NCBI GenBank assembly: GCA_026395915.1
Contig: JAPLXU010000012.1
Span: 8,996-72,995, forward strand
Length of the DNA stretch: 64,000 nt
Reading direction: 5' to 3'
Source: Candidatus Nomurabacteria bacterium
GTDB taxonomy: Bacteria > Patescibacteriota > Minisyncoccia > Phycocordibacterales > UBA9973
The notes below the pieces were generated by a model. The model saw only the letters and a program-made list of their open reading frames with translations. It searched no databases and was not told the DNA's origin. Position numbers and translations under genes: made by a program. Position 1 is the first letter of the stretch. Each line of letters opens with the position of its first letter. Shown piece after piece: positions 39,263-48,780 of this stretch.

Positions 39263-39972
39263 AGTTCTATTTTATCACTTTTTCTAATAATTACAAAAGG
39301 TGTAAGTTCATCATTTTGACCCATCGGATTATCAAGCAATATGAGTCTGAGCTCCTTCTTATTCAATAAAACCTTATTGCTTTTGCCAAGAATTTTCACG
39401 TTTATATTGTTTCCGTCTATAATTACCGAAGGAAAATGAAGCTTATCTTCAATTTCTTGACATATCTTTACAGGATTAGCTGGCGGTAGAACGGCATGTT
39501 CTTTATACATATCCATTGCATCAGGATTAAAACCGTCAATTTCTGACACCCTCTTCCCTGCCACTATCCAAAAAATTCCTCTAATACCAAAAATTTTTCC
39601 TACGGCTCCTAATATGATCGCAAAAATCATTCTTGTTTTTCCTGAAATATCCACCGCAACTTGCATTTTTTCTGCCCGAGAAAAACCTACGTCATTGGGA
39701 TATTTTTTTACTCCTTTGACGATAAACCTTGCCAACCAACCGACTTTGACTGTCGATATGTGACGAACATTTTTTTGGCAGACAGAAATCACTTTCTCTG
39801 AGATAGCAATACAATCGTCATTTTTAAACTCTGGAGTAACGTATTTTTTGATAATCGAAATAAGGTCTTCCCCAAAATTTATGACATGAGTTTGGACAGG
39901 AATTCGAGCGTATTTTTGTCCACCTAATTCCATTATTAATTTTTTTTCTTTATGTTGTGAATTTTTTTTCAT
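39259..39972 (-). CDS. hypothetical protein, possibly CofE/F420-0:gamma-glutamyl-ligase-like
   Basis: 237 aa. 'ISEKVIS' and the overall size resemble the CofE-like family. Assignment is tentative. Confidence 0.3.
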   Translation of the reverse strand: MKKNSQHKEKKLIMELGGQKYARIPVQTHVINFGEDLISIIKKYVTPEFKNDDCIAISEKVISVCQKNVRHISTVKVGWLARFIVKGVKKYPNDVGFSRAEKMQVAVDISGKTRMIFAIILGAVGKIFGIRGIFWIVAGKRVSEIDGFNPDAMDMYKEHAVLPPANPVKICQEIEDKLHFPSVIIDGNNINVKILGKSNKVLLNKKELRLILLDNPMGQNDELTPFVIIRKSDKIEL

Positions 39973-39991
39973 ATAAAATATTGATAAATAA

Positions 39992-41278
39992 TTAAGGCAG
40001 TTTTGGTAAATAAAAAAGTGGGTCGAGATATGCGCCTATTGGAGCTATAGGCATCGTGTATATTTTGCCTCCGCAGGTAGTGCTTGGTCTTTTTTGGACA
40101 CTTACAGCACTACTGACATAAACTGCTACATGCAGATGGGGTCCTGTCGTATGCCCTGTATTGCCACTATAGCCAACTATTTCACCGCGTTTTACTTGTT
40201 GTCCTTCGGATACTTTGATAAGCGATAAATGCCCATAAGCGCTGGCTAAGCCATCATTATATTTTATAAATATCCATTTGCCAAATGATGTGCCGACGCA
40301 GGTATCGTCAGTATTACCAAAACCCAAGACGGTTCCATCGGCCATTGCTTTAACTGGAGTGCCAATGGAAGCTCTGAAATCAACTCCACTATGGCTTCCC
40401 GAAGCATAGAGTCTTACTGAATCAACGGTCTTTCCAAACATTTGCGTAATGTGTATGCTATCAAGTGGCCAACTCAAAACCCCACCTCCGGGTAATTTTG
40501 AAGGGTCTAAGGTGAATTGTAATTGCGATTCATAATCTCGCAATTCTTTTTCAAACGCATCTTTTTTTGCGAGCCTATCTTTAAGTAATTTTTGATAATT
40601 TGTTTCACTATTTTTTGTTTGAGCAAGAAGTTTATTCTTTTCATTGGCATTCTGAATCACAATTTTTTGCTGATCGGAAAGTTCTGACTTGAGCGCGGTA
40701 AGTTCATTTTTTGCGTTGATCGTTTCTTTCCTTGTATCCTCCAAATCGTTTTTTGTTTGTTTCAAAAGATTTGTGTTTTTCGTAATGCTTTCCCGCACGG
40801 TTATGATGTTGTCTATGTCATTCCAAATTAATGTAAAATTATCGAGTGATAAAAGGGTCTCCGTTATACCGCTTCGTTCATATTCATCTGTTTGTTTTAT
40901 TACGGCTTTAATTGATTCTAGATTGTTTGTAATAACGTTTTCTTTAATATTTATGTCAGAGCTCAAGCTTTCAATCGTGAGATTTGTTTTGTCGATTTTT
41001 TTTTGAGTGACATTAATATCAGCTACTAATTTTTTTCTGGTTAGATCCAACTCTTTGATTGATTTGCTCAAAGAGCTTTTTTGATTTCCTAAAGTATCAA
41101 GCTGAGACTGATAAGAAGCTATTTCTTGTTCCAAACTGCTTATGTCGGCACTCTTTTTATCTATCTGATTCTTTAAATCAGTAGCAGTTTGAGCATCTGA
41201 AAAAGCGATTGGAATCAAAAGTATCGTTACCGTTAAAATTATCTTAAACAACTTTTTGTAAGCGAGATAAAGTTTCAT
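39992..41278 (-). CDS. M23-family peptidoglycan metalloendopeptidase with N-terminal coiled coil (EnvC-like)
   Basis: Long coiled-coil region. C-terminal 'GHTTGPHLHVAVY' M23 LytM motif. Signal/TM at the N-terminus. Confidence 0.8.
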   Translation of the reverse strand: MKLYLAYKKLFKIILTVTILLIPIAFSDAQTATDLKNQIDKKSADISSLEQEIASYQSQLDTLGNQKSSLSKSIKELDLTRKKLVADINVTQKKIDKTNLTIESLSSDINIKENVITNNLESIKAVIKQTDEYERSGITETLLSLDNFTLIWNDIDNIITVRESITKNTNLLKQTKNDLEDTRKETINAKNELTALKSELSDQQKIVIQNANEKNKLLAQTKNSETNYQKLLKDRLAKKDAFEKELRDYESQLQFTLDPSKLPGGGVLSWPLDSIHITQMFGKTVDSVRLYASGSHSGVDFRASIGTPVKAMADGTVLGFGNTDDTCVGTSFGKWIFIKYNDGLASAYGHLSLIKVSEGQQVKRGEIVGYSGNTGHTTGPHLHVAVYVSSAVSVQKRPSTTCGGKIYTMPIAPIGAYLDPLFYLPKLP

Positions 41279-42662
41279 TTTTTCCTAAGATTTCAGCAAT
41301 AATAAATGGATCGGGAGATCGATCGAGTCCGGACAAAGCAAAACGAACAGGGTGAAGCACTTCTCCCCTGCTCTCTAATTTTTCTGCTACTGCCATCAGC
41401 GCAGTTTTGATATTTTCTTTATCAAATTTTTCTTCAGCTACTTTTTCTAGAGTTTCGATTGCTAATTTAATATTGCTGATAATTTTTTCTTGTGAAATAT
41501 TTTTATAAACAAGTTTTGTTTTGTCTATGTCAGGCACCTTGTAAAAGAAATCGAGCTCCCCTCTCTCGATCATTTCTTTTACATCACACCACTTTGAAAT
41601 TCGCTCAAAAATAATCGGGACGAGTTTCTTATTCTTCATTGAGTCAGGCAGGTACTCCAAAATGTTTTTCTCAACTTCTTCTTTTGGAAGCAATTTCATG
41701 TGCTCTTTGTTCATCCAGTCCAGCTTGTCATCGCTCCATTTGGCTCCAGAACGCTGAATTTTGCCCAAATCAAAGGCTTTTATTAATTCCTCTCTCGTGT
41801 ATACCTCTTTTTCTCCACCGGGGTTAAAACCGAGAAAAGCGAGATAATTTAACATTGCTTCTGGCAAGTATCCTTCTTTTTCGTAGTCCAAAATATCTTT
41901 CGCGCCATCGCGTTTGCTTAATTTTTTTGTCCCAGTAGCTCCCATGATTGGAGGCGTCGTCACAAAAAAAGGTGGCTTGACACCTAACGCTTCATACACA
42001 GACAAAAATTTCGGCGTAGAAGAAATAAATTCCTGTCCTCGCACGACGTGAGTGACACCCATTTCAATGTCATCCACAATGTGCGCAAAGTTATATGTCG
42101 GGTATCCGTCACCTTTGATTAAAATAAAATCATCCAAGGCTTCCGGTCCAGCGGAAAGTCCTCCCCAGACAATATCATTCCAAACTGTTTTTTTTAATTC
42201 AGACACTTTGAATCGAAGCGGTTTTGTTCCGTCCCACGTGGGAGGATTTTCTGGTCTATGCTCGCGATAAAGGAAAGGCTTTTTTTCTGAATCAGCTTTT
42301 TGTCTGAATTTTTCAATTTCTTCTTCAGTATATGGATCAGCATAAGCAAAACCTTTTTTAACCAAGATTTCGGCGTATTTTTTATAAATATCTAACCTTT
42401 GTGACTGAATATAAGGAGCATTTGGTCCATCTTTTTCCGGCCCAAAATCCCAATCAAGCCCAAGCCAACGCAAGGATTTCATAATGTGTTCAATCGAACC
42501 TGCGACTTCTCTTTCCTTGTCGGTATCTTCGATACGCAAAATAAATGCCCCGTTATTTTTTCGAGCCCAAAGCCAAGCATATAAAGCTGTACGTATATTC
42601 CCTACGTGTATAAAACCAGTAGGCGAAGGCGCGAATCTTGTTGTGATTTTGTTGTCTGACAT
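41244..42662 (-). CDS. gltX: glutamate--tRNA ligase
   Basis: Start at the internal Met (MSDNKITTRFAPSPTGFIHVGN..). 'HIGN' and 'KLSKR' class-I motifs. Overlaps the M23 gene by ~35 nt. Confidence 0.9.
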   Translation of the reverse strand: MSDNKITTRFAPSPTGFIHVGNIRTALYAWLWARKNNGAFILRIEDTDKEREVAGSIEHIMKSLRWLGLDWDFGPEKDGPNAPYIQSQRLDIYKKYAEILVKKGFAYADPYTEEEIEKFRQKADSEKKPFLYREHRPENPPTWDGTKPLRFKVSELKKTVWNDIVWGGLSAGPEALDDFILIKGDGYPTYNFAHIVDDIEMGVTHVVRGQEFISSTPKFLSVYEALGVKPPFFVTTPPIMGATGTKKLSKRDGAKDILDYEKEGYLPEAMLNYLAFLGFNPGGEKEVYTREELIKAFDLGKIQRSGAKWSDDKLDWMNKEHMKLLPKEEVEKNILEYLPDSMKNKKLVPIIFERISKWCDVKEMIERGELDFFYKVPDIDKTKLVYKNISQEKIISNIKLAIETLEKVAEEKFDKENIKTALMAVAEKLESRGEVLHPVRFALSGLDRSPDPFIIAEILGKNETLSRLQKVV

Positions 42663-42690
42663 GATTATATAATAGCATAAAAATGAAAAC

Positions 42691-42850
42691 TCGCTAAAAT
42701 ACAATTCAAATACAACCCCTTATAAAATACCTTCAAGAACAATTCAGATGCAACCCCCTATTTCCCCCTTATCAGGGGGACTAAAATACCGAATACTGTG
42801 CTTTCGTATTTTCCCTCCCCTGATAAGGGGAGGATTAAGGAGGGGTTGAA
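42691..42850. repeat. composite GC-rich palindromic repeat, left copy (plus a partial upstream duplication) flanking the DUF559 gene
   Basis: ctaaaat-caattc..CAACCCC-(ccccc ttatca ggggg hairpin)-spacer-(cctcccc tgataa ggggagg hairpin)-GGGGTTG. The 7-bp terminal inverted repeat is CAACCCC/GGGGTTG. Confidence 0.7.
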
Positions 42851-43227
42851 TTCATGCATTTAATTTTTCCAATCAAATCCTCAGCAACACTCTCCGTGTC
42901 TGCCAGAATTTCTTCATTCGTGTATCTTATTATTTTTAATCCAAATTTCTGTTTTAATAAGTTATCTCTTTCTTCATCTCTTGTCTTTTGAAAAGTATGT
43001 ATTTTTCCATCAATTTCTATTGCAAGACCAAGTTTTGAGCAGTAAAAATCTACAACAAAGTGATCTATCGGTTTTTGTCTGGTAAATTTTAAGTTCGCTA
43101 GTTTTTTATTTTTTAAAATTTTACCCCAAAAAACCTTTTCAGCTTCAGTCGTTTTTTTTCGTAACTCTCTAGCGCGAGAAACTAAATTTTTATCATATGG
43201 AATATATGGGATATTGTATTTTTGCAT
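42835..43227 (-). CDS. DUF559 endonuclease-domain protein (Vsr-like fold family)
   Basis: 130 aa with the 'ARELRKKTTEAEKVFW' N-terminal motif typical of DUF559. The C-terminus (..KCMNSTPP) reads into the left repeat. Confidence 0.6.
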   Translation of the reverse strand: MQKYNIPYIPYDKNLVSRARELRKKTTEAEKVFWGKILKNKKLANLKFTRQKPIDHFVVDFYCSKLGLAIEIDGKIHTFQKTRDEERDNLLKQKFGLKIIRYTNEEILADTESVAEDLIGKIKCMNSTPP

Positions 43228-43242
43228 GAAGTTAATTATAAC

Positions 43243-43406
43243 CTAAAATGCAATTCGGTAGATAACTCAAACGCAACCCCCTTTTATCCCCCTTATCAGG
43301 GGGGGCTAAATACCGTTTCGTGCCTTTCGCAAGAACCGTTCTTGCAAAAACTTGCGAAAACGATCGCATTTTATTCCTCCCTGATAAGGGAGGTTAGGAG
43401 GGTTGA
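43243..43406. repeat. composite GC-rich palindromic repeat, right copy (direct orientation relative to the left copy)
   Basis: Same architecture as 42691-42850, with an extra internal palindrome gcaagaac-c-gttcttgc. Confidence 0.7.
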
Positions 43407-43454
43407 ATTTAGTTTTTTAGCACAATGATGGTTCTTGGGGAAATTTTAATTTGG

Positions 43455-44457
43455 TCAGCGGACGCAACGGAAGTAGCAACTAGTGATCTTATTGAAGCCA
43501 CCACTTGCGTTGCCACTGCTGAAACCTACGTACATAGCGCTCGTGGAACTAGCAGGTCGAGAAGTAGATGACCAGTAGTTGCTACTCGATGCAAAAGTGG
43601 GAAAATAGGTTACATTGGTAAATGGCACACTCGCGACTCCAAAGTCAACCAGACTGTAAAGCTCATATATATTCGGCAGGCGCCAACCGCTTCCGGGAAG
43701 CGCATCAGTATTAGCGTTGCAGTAGGTAAGCGCGTTTGCCCAAGTTACTGTCACGGCTGAACCAATCTCACAGTTAGTACCACTCAAACCAGCGGAGCAT
43801 TTTTGCCAGACAAGACCGGTAGAATTGTCTGTAATAGTGCCATCATTGTTGTCAGTGTAAGAGCGAGCTGTACCTTTTAATAACTCTCCATCTTGACCGG
43901 TGCCGGAGCAAGTTACGACAAAGCCTCCCGTGTCATAACAAATTGTTTGATTAGTTTTTAATAATCCGGCAGATCTGGCGTTTCCCGTCACTCCAAAAAT
44001 AGAAACATTATTTTTGATATCCCGTCACTCCAAAAATAGAAACATTATTTTTGATATTCCCAGCCTGAAGATTTGTATCTCCGGCAGTAGCAGTTTTAGA
44101 TCCAGAATAGATCCCATTTGGAATAGTAAAGGTAAGTAAGCCATTGCCTCCTGTGACATTAGAGCCAGCGCTTGGGATAGAGTTGTATATATCATCTAAT
44201 GTGTGCATTGTGGAACCGGGAGCTCCTGAAGGAGAATTGAATGAAGTGTTCTTTGTGGCAGAGGTGCCATTTGCTAGTTTTTGATAGATTTGTTCTAACG
44301 TATACATTCTGCCTGAAGTTGATGGAGAGCCTGGGGAATCTATGTTGCCTGCGTGGACGAAGACGTAGACTAGAGTGACAGAGAGGACTATGCTACAGAT
44401 TCCTGTTGTGAGCTTGTAGAGAAAGGAATTTGATTTTGGGTTGGGTTTATTAGTCAT
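43455..44457 (-). pseudogene. DUF1566-domain surface protein split by a 37-bp tandem duplication
   Basis: Two adjacent ORFs (44008-44457 and 43455-43991). Removing one copy of the 37-nt unit (43984-44020 = 44021-44057) joins them in frame (..SIFGVTG|NARSAGLLK..). 'GWRLPNIYEL' is DUF1566-like. Confidence 0.6.
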
Positions 44458-44506
44458 AAGTTTTTATTATTTTAAGTATAACAAATACTAATAAATATTC
44501 AAAATT

Positions 44507-45637
44507 TTATTTCTCATGACTCAAAGCTATATCAACCAAGGCTTGAGCTATCTTCATCGCCGGATCAGGCTTCGCAAAAGCTTTGGCATTTTGCGCCATA
44601 ACTTTATACCCTTCTTTATCCTCAGTTATCCTTTCTATTTCTGAGCTCAAAATATTTGCAGTCATATTCATTTCTTCGACAACGCTACATGCTCCCGCTC
44701 GAGCGTAATTGAAAGCGTTTTTCTTTTGGTGATCGCCATTTGTATTTGTAATAGGTATCAAAATAGATGGCACGCCCCAAGACGCTATCTCGAACAGCAT
44801 CGAACCAGCCCGAGAAATAATAATTGTTGCTGCGCCAGCTGCCATTTTCATAGCCAAAGGATTCAAAAAAGATTTAGACAAATATCTGACTTTGTATTGA
44901 TTATCAACTAGTACCACTTCGGCTCTTTCCGTAGCCATTTCAAAATTCTTAACTCCTGTTTGATGAATAATTTGATAATTATTCACGAGTCTCGGCAAAG
45001 CGTCCAAGATAGTATTGTTGATAAGTTCTGCGCCTTGAGAACCCCCCAAAACCAAAATCACCGGAATTTCTTCTTCAAGTTTAAAATAGTCGAGCGCGTC
45101 CTTGCGAGAAGCAGGATTTTCTATCTCGGTTCTTATTGGCTGACCCGTCCAAGCAACCCGTTTAGGAGGAAAATATTCTGTCGCTTCTTCGAAAGAAACA
45201 GCTATTTTCTTTGCAAAATGTCCAGCCCATTTGTTGACTCTACCAGGCGCAGAATCAGACTCATGAATGACGACAGGGATTCGTAAAATTCTAGCGGCAA
45301 GAATTGTCGGAAACGACGCGTATCCCCCTTTACCGAAAACAACGTCAGGATATATTGAGAAAATCTTATAAACCGCGTTCAAAACACCGAAAAAAGTTTT
45401 GAACACATCGAGAAAATTTTTAAAGGAAAAATAAGTGCGCATTTTGCCGGCATTTATTTCTTCATATAAAAGCCCATTTTCAAAAAGCATTTCCTTGTCG
45501 TAAGGACTATCGGAAATATAATAAAGCTTAGCTCCTAATATATTTTCCTCATCAATTATTTTATTTACTTTTTGGGCGATAGCGATGATTGGATAAAAAT
45601 GTCCGCCTGTCCCTCCGCCTGTAAAAACTATTTTCAT
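44507..45637 (-). CDS. murG: UDP-N-acetylglucosamine--N-acetylmuramyl-(pentapeptide)-PP-undecaprenol GlcNAc transferase
   Basis: 'MKIVFTGGGTGGHFYP' N-terminus. GT28 architecture. Confidence 0.9.
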   Translation of the reverse strand: MKIVFTGGGTGGHFYPIIAIAQKVNKIIDEENILGAKLYYISDSPYDKEMLFENGLLYEEINAGKMRTYFSFKNFLDVFKTFFGVLNAVYKIFSIYPDVVFGKGGYASFPTILAARILRIPVVIHESDSAPGRVNKWAGHFAKKIAVSFEEATEYFPPKRVAWTGQPIRTEIENPASRKDALDYFKLEEEIPVILVLGGSQGAELINNTILDALPRLVNNYQIIHQTGVKNFEMATERAEVVLVDNQYKVRYLSKSFLNPLAMKMAAGAATIIISRAGSMLFEIASWGVPSILIPITNTNGDHQKKNAFNYARAGACSVVEEMNMTANILSSEIERITEDKEGYKVMAQNAKAFAKPDPAMKIAQALVDIALSHEK

Positions 45638-45648
45638 ATAATTTAAAA

Positions 45649-46758
45649 TTATTTACTCCCACCTTTCCCGGAAAACTTCGACACATTCAGCACAATGCCC
45701 ACAGCTATAAGATAAATCATGAGAGAAGTGCCTCCTTGGCTCATAAAAGGAAGAGGCACTCCTGTAAGCGGAAAAACTCCAGTGACAGAAGCTATGTGCA
45801 TAAACGATTGCACAGTGATAAGTATAACAATTCCGAAGACCAAAAGTCTACTAAAAAGATCGGGAGAATTATTTGCTATGCGAAAACCGCGCAAAGTGAA
45901 AAGCAAATAAAGAAGAATCACCCCCATTGTTCCGACAAAACCCAATTCTTCGCCTAAAACAGCAAAAATGGAGTCGCCTTGAGGTTCCGGTAAATAACTA
46001 AATTTTTGAATGCTTTGGCCAAATCCTCGCCCGAAAATTCCACCTGATCCCATGGCGATGAGCGATTGTTGGATTTGATAAGAAGACCCCTGCGGATCGG
46101 CTGAGGGATCAATGAAAGTCTTCACGCGTTCTTGAAGGTAAGGAGTAAAAAAAACAAGCGAGCCTAAAAGTAAAGCAACTCCTAAACTGGCGCCTAAAAT
46201 ATATTTTACAGGAACGCCGGAAATAAAAAGCATAGATGCTCCCGTTGCAACGATTAAAATAAAACTCTTTGTGTCAGGCTGTTTAAATAAAACTACACTG
46301 ATGATTGCTAACATCACGATGAATGGCAAAACTCCAAATCTGAAATCTTGGACTTTATTTTTAAAAGACGCGAACCATGACGCAAAATAAATGACAAATC
46401 CAAACTTCAAAAACTCAACTGGCTGGAAAGAAATGCCGGCAATCTGTATCCATCTTTGCGCTCCGCCATGACTCCAGCCAAAGTGAGGTATGAAGACAGC
46501 GGCAGTAAAAAGTATTGACCCCAAGAAAATTAAAAAAGAATATCTGCGCCAAAATTTATAATTTATTTTTGAACTGAAATACATTCCGACAAGTCCGCAA
46601 CCTAGCCCCAGAACAAGCTGACTGAAAAGTACTGAAAGAAAAAGTTTTTCATTTTTAACTAGAATCCCAAGAGAAGCCGAAATAAAAATAGCGACTCCTA
46701 CAGTAAGCAAGAGGCCGATAATTATCAAGAAAAATCTATCTACTTTCTTTTCTCTCAT
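45649..46758 (-). CDS. ftsW: SEDS-family peptidoglycan glycosyltransferase (FtsW/RodA)
   Basis: ~10 TM helices. 'PEPQGDSIFA' and 'SQGGTSLM' are SEDS signatures. Lies between mraY and murG. Confidence 0.85.
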   Translation of the reverse strand: MREKKVDRFFLIIIGLLLTVGVAIFISASLGILVKNEKLFLSVLFSQLVLGLGCGLVGMYFSSKINYKFWRRYSFLIFLGSILFTAAVFIPHFGWSHGGAQRWIQIAGISFQPVEFLKFGFVIYFASWFASFKNKVQDFRFGVLPFIVMLAIISVVLFKQPDTKSFILIVATGASMLFISGVPVKYILGASLGVALLLGSLVFFTPYLQERVKTFIDPSADPQGSSYQIQQSLIAMGSGGIFGRGFGQSIQKFSYLPEPQGDSIFAVLGEELGFVGTMGVILLYLLFTLRGFRIANNSPDLFSRLLVFGIVILITVQSFMHIASVTGVFPLTGVPLPFMSQGGTSLMIYLIAVGIVLNVSKFSGKGGSK

Positions 46759-46776
46759 GGTTTATTAAAACTCTCC

Positions 46777-46808
46777 AAGGCAAGACCTAACATGTTAGGT
46801 CTTGCCTT
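46777..46808 (-). promoter_or_regulatory. perfect 14-bp-stem hairpin in the mraY-ftsW spacer (attenuator/terminator or processing site)
   Basis: aaggcaagacctaac-atg-ttaggtcttgcctt. On the minus strand the closest T-run (ttttaat) follows it only after ~8 nt. Confidence 0.4.
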
Positions 46809-46812
46809 TATT

Positions 46813-47868
46813 CTACCTGCTAATAATCGCTAAAATTACGCCAATAATCGCAAAAACAATTGAAAAAACCCAAAAACGCATAGTAACTTTGTAAGATGGC
46901 CAGCCTATCGCTTCAAAATGATGATGTAGTGGAGCAAGTCTGAATAATCTTTTTCCGTTTCTGAATTTTTTCGAAGCCATTTGTAAAATAACGGAAAGAG
47001 ATGTCAGTACCAACGGCAATGCGACAACCGGGAGAATGAAGACAGAATCAGTTAAAAATGCGAGCGTCGCAAGAGTGATAGTGAGACCCATAATACCTGT
47101 TTCCCCCATGTAAAACCTAGCAGGCGGAATGTTGAACCATAGAAACGCCAAAGTTGCGCCGGTAACAACTGCGGAAAAAGCTGAGAGATCCATTTGGTTG
47201 TTCGCATAAGCGATTGCAGAATACGCCGCAAAAATAGATGCAAGCACACCTCCGGAAAGACCATCTATCCCGTCAATCACTCCTCCGGAAAAAGTCGCTA
47301 GCGAGACAACAATAAAAAATGGAATGATTAATACACCGAAATAAACGTCTCCCAAAAATGGAACATGAAGAAATGCCATCCCCAATTTATAATAAAACCA
47401 AATTCCGATTAAAAGAGAAATAACAATAATTAAAAATACTTTCCACATACGCCAAGATTTATCATCGCGCGCAAATTTGCCAGTGCCATAGATTTGAATG
47501 AAATCGTCCCAAAGTCCAATGAGTGACCCCAAGAGAAGAGTAAAAATCGGTATCAAAGTTTGACCACGACTCAAGAAATTAATCTCAAAAACATTCTCAA
47601 AAGAAAACAAGACCGATACTAAATAAAAAACAAGAGCTGTTGTTAAAACAGAAATCCAGATTATCACTCCGCCCACACGTGGAGTCTTTAATTCATCTTC
47701 TTCATTATGAATTTTGGAAAAATCGGAAGCGGTGGTGACCACATTTCTGGAATATCTTTTCCACATTTTATATTTATAAAAAAAGTGAGTAGCTATCGGC
47801 GTGAAAAGTAACCCGAAAAAGAATGCAAATGTCGTTGGCACAAAGATTTTCACTAAGTTTAAATACAT
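46813..47868 (-). CDS. mraY: phospho-N-acetylmuramoyl-pentapeptide transferase
   Basis: Polytopic membrane protein with MraY patterns, e.g. 'GLWDDF' and 'GIDGLSGG'. Confidence 0.85.
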   Translation of the reverse strand: MYLNLVKIFVPTTFAFFFGLLFTPIATHFFYKYKMWKRYSRNVVTTASDFSKIHNEEDELKTPRVGGVIIWISVLTTALVFYLVSVLFSFENVFEINFLSRGQTLIPIFTLLLGSLIGLWDDFIQIYGTGKFARDDKSWRMWKVFLIIVISLLIGIWFYYKLGMAFLHVPFLGDVYFGVLIIPFFIVVSLATFSGGVIDGIDGLSGGVLASIFAAYSAIAYANNQMDLSAFSAVVTGATLAFLWFNIPPARFYMGETGIMGLTITLATLAFLTDSVFILPVVALPLVLTSLSVILQMASKKFRNGKRLFRLAPLHHHFEAIGWPSYKVTMRFWVFSIVFAIIGVILAIISR

Positions 47869-47922
47869 AGATTTAGTATAGCATTTTTTGATTAAAATAC
47901 ATCAATGTGATATTGTTCAAAA

Positions 47923-48747
47923 GTGAATAAAAAATTTTTTATATATATATTGTCGCTTTTTGTATTATTCCTTTTTTTAATACCAGCAATTAGTTCTTTC
48001 TTCCTGAATTTAGAACAAAAAAGAGCTGATAAATTGCTTTTAGAGCAAGGGCGCATTTTTGAAAAAATTAAAAAAGATAAACAAGACAAAATTTATTTAA
48101 CCGGCAAATTTGATCCATCACAAAGAAATGATTTTTCCCCTGTTCCCGCGGAATTAAACATTGGCGGATATAAAATGTATTTGAGAAAAGAAACTTTAGA
48201 CGCTTTTTTGAAAATGGAAGAAGCTGCGGAGAAAGACAACGTGGATTTGAAGATAGCTTCTGCCACCAGAAATTTTGATTATCAAAAAAAACTTTGGAAT
48301 GATAAATGGACTGGAGTAAAGATCGTGGACGGAAAAAGTTTGTTAAAAAGTATTCCAGATGAGCTTGAAAGATTTAAAAAAATACTTGAATATAGCGCCG
48401 TCCCCGGCGCTTCGAGACACCATTGGGGCACAGATTTCGATATTAATGACGCAACTCCTGAATATTTCGAAACCGAAAAAGGAGAGAAAGTATATGACTG
48501 GCTCGTTGAAAACGCTCCCTCATTTGGCTTTTGCCAGCCGTATAATGTGAAAGAAAGCGAAAGAGCAACTGGCTACAACGAAGAAAAATGGCATTGGTCA
48601 TACGCGCTTTTATCAAAAAATTTTACGGAAGAATACAGAAATTTAATAAAAAATGCAGATATAAAAGGATTTGATGGGGATGAATATGTTCCCTCTTTTG
48701 ATTTAATTAATGATTATGTTTTAGCTATCAATCCAGATTGCCTCTAA
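47923..48747 (+). CDS. M15-family D-Ala-D-Ala carboxypeptidase (VanY-like)
   Basis: N-terminal TM. 'SRHHWGTDFDI' is the zinc-binding motif of M15B/VanY peptidases. Confidence 0.7.
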   Translation: MNKKFFIYILSLFVLFLFLIPAISSFFLNLEQKRADKLLLEQGRIFEKIKKDKQDKIYLTGKFDPSQRNDFSPVPAELNIGGYKMYLRKETLDAFLKMEEAAEKDNVDLKIASATRNFDYQKKLWNDKWTGVKIVDGKSLLKSIPDELERFKKILEYSAVPGASRHHWGTDFDINDATPEYFETEKGEKVYDWLVENAPSFGFCQPYNVKESERATGYNEEKWHWSYALLSKNFTEEYRNLIKNADIKGFDGDEYVPSFDLINDYVLAINPDCL

Positions 48748-48780
48748 TTACATATTTACGCCATGGCTTAAATGTGTAAA

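Noticed and set aside
42836-42990. Consensus Shine-Dalgarno AAGGAGG plus ATG (42854) created by the left GC-rich repeat, opening a ~45-codon plus-strand ORF
   Set aside because: Short, antisense to the DUF559 C-terminus, low-complexity product. Most likely a by-product of the repeat sequence.
43984-44057. Possible CRISPR or minisatellite from the repeated 37-mer
   Set aside because: Only two directly abutting copies, with no spacers. This is a simple tandem duplication inside a coding sequence.
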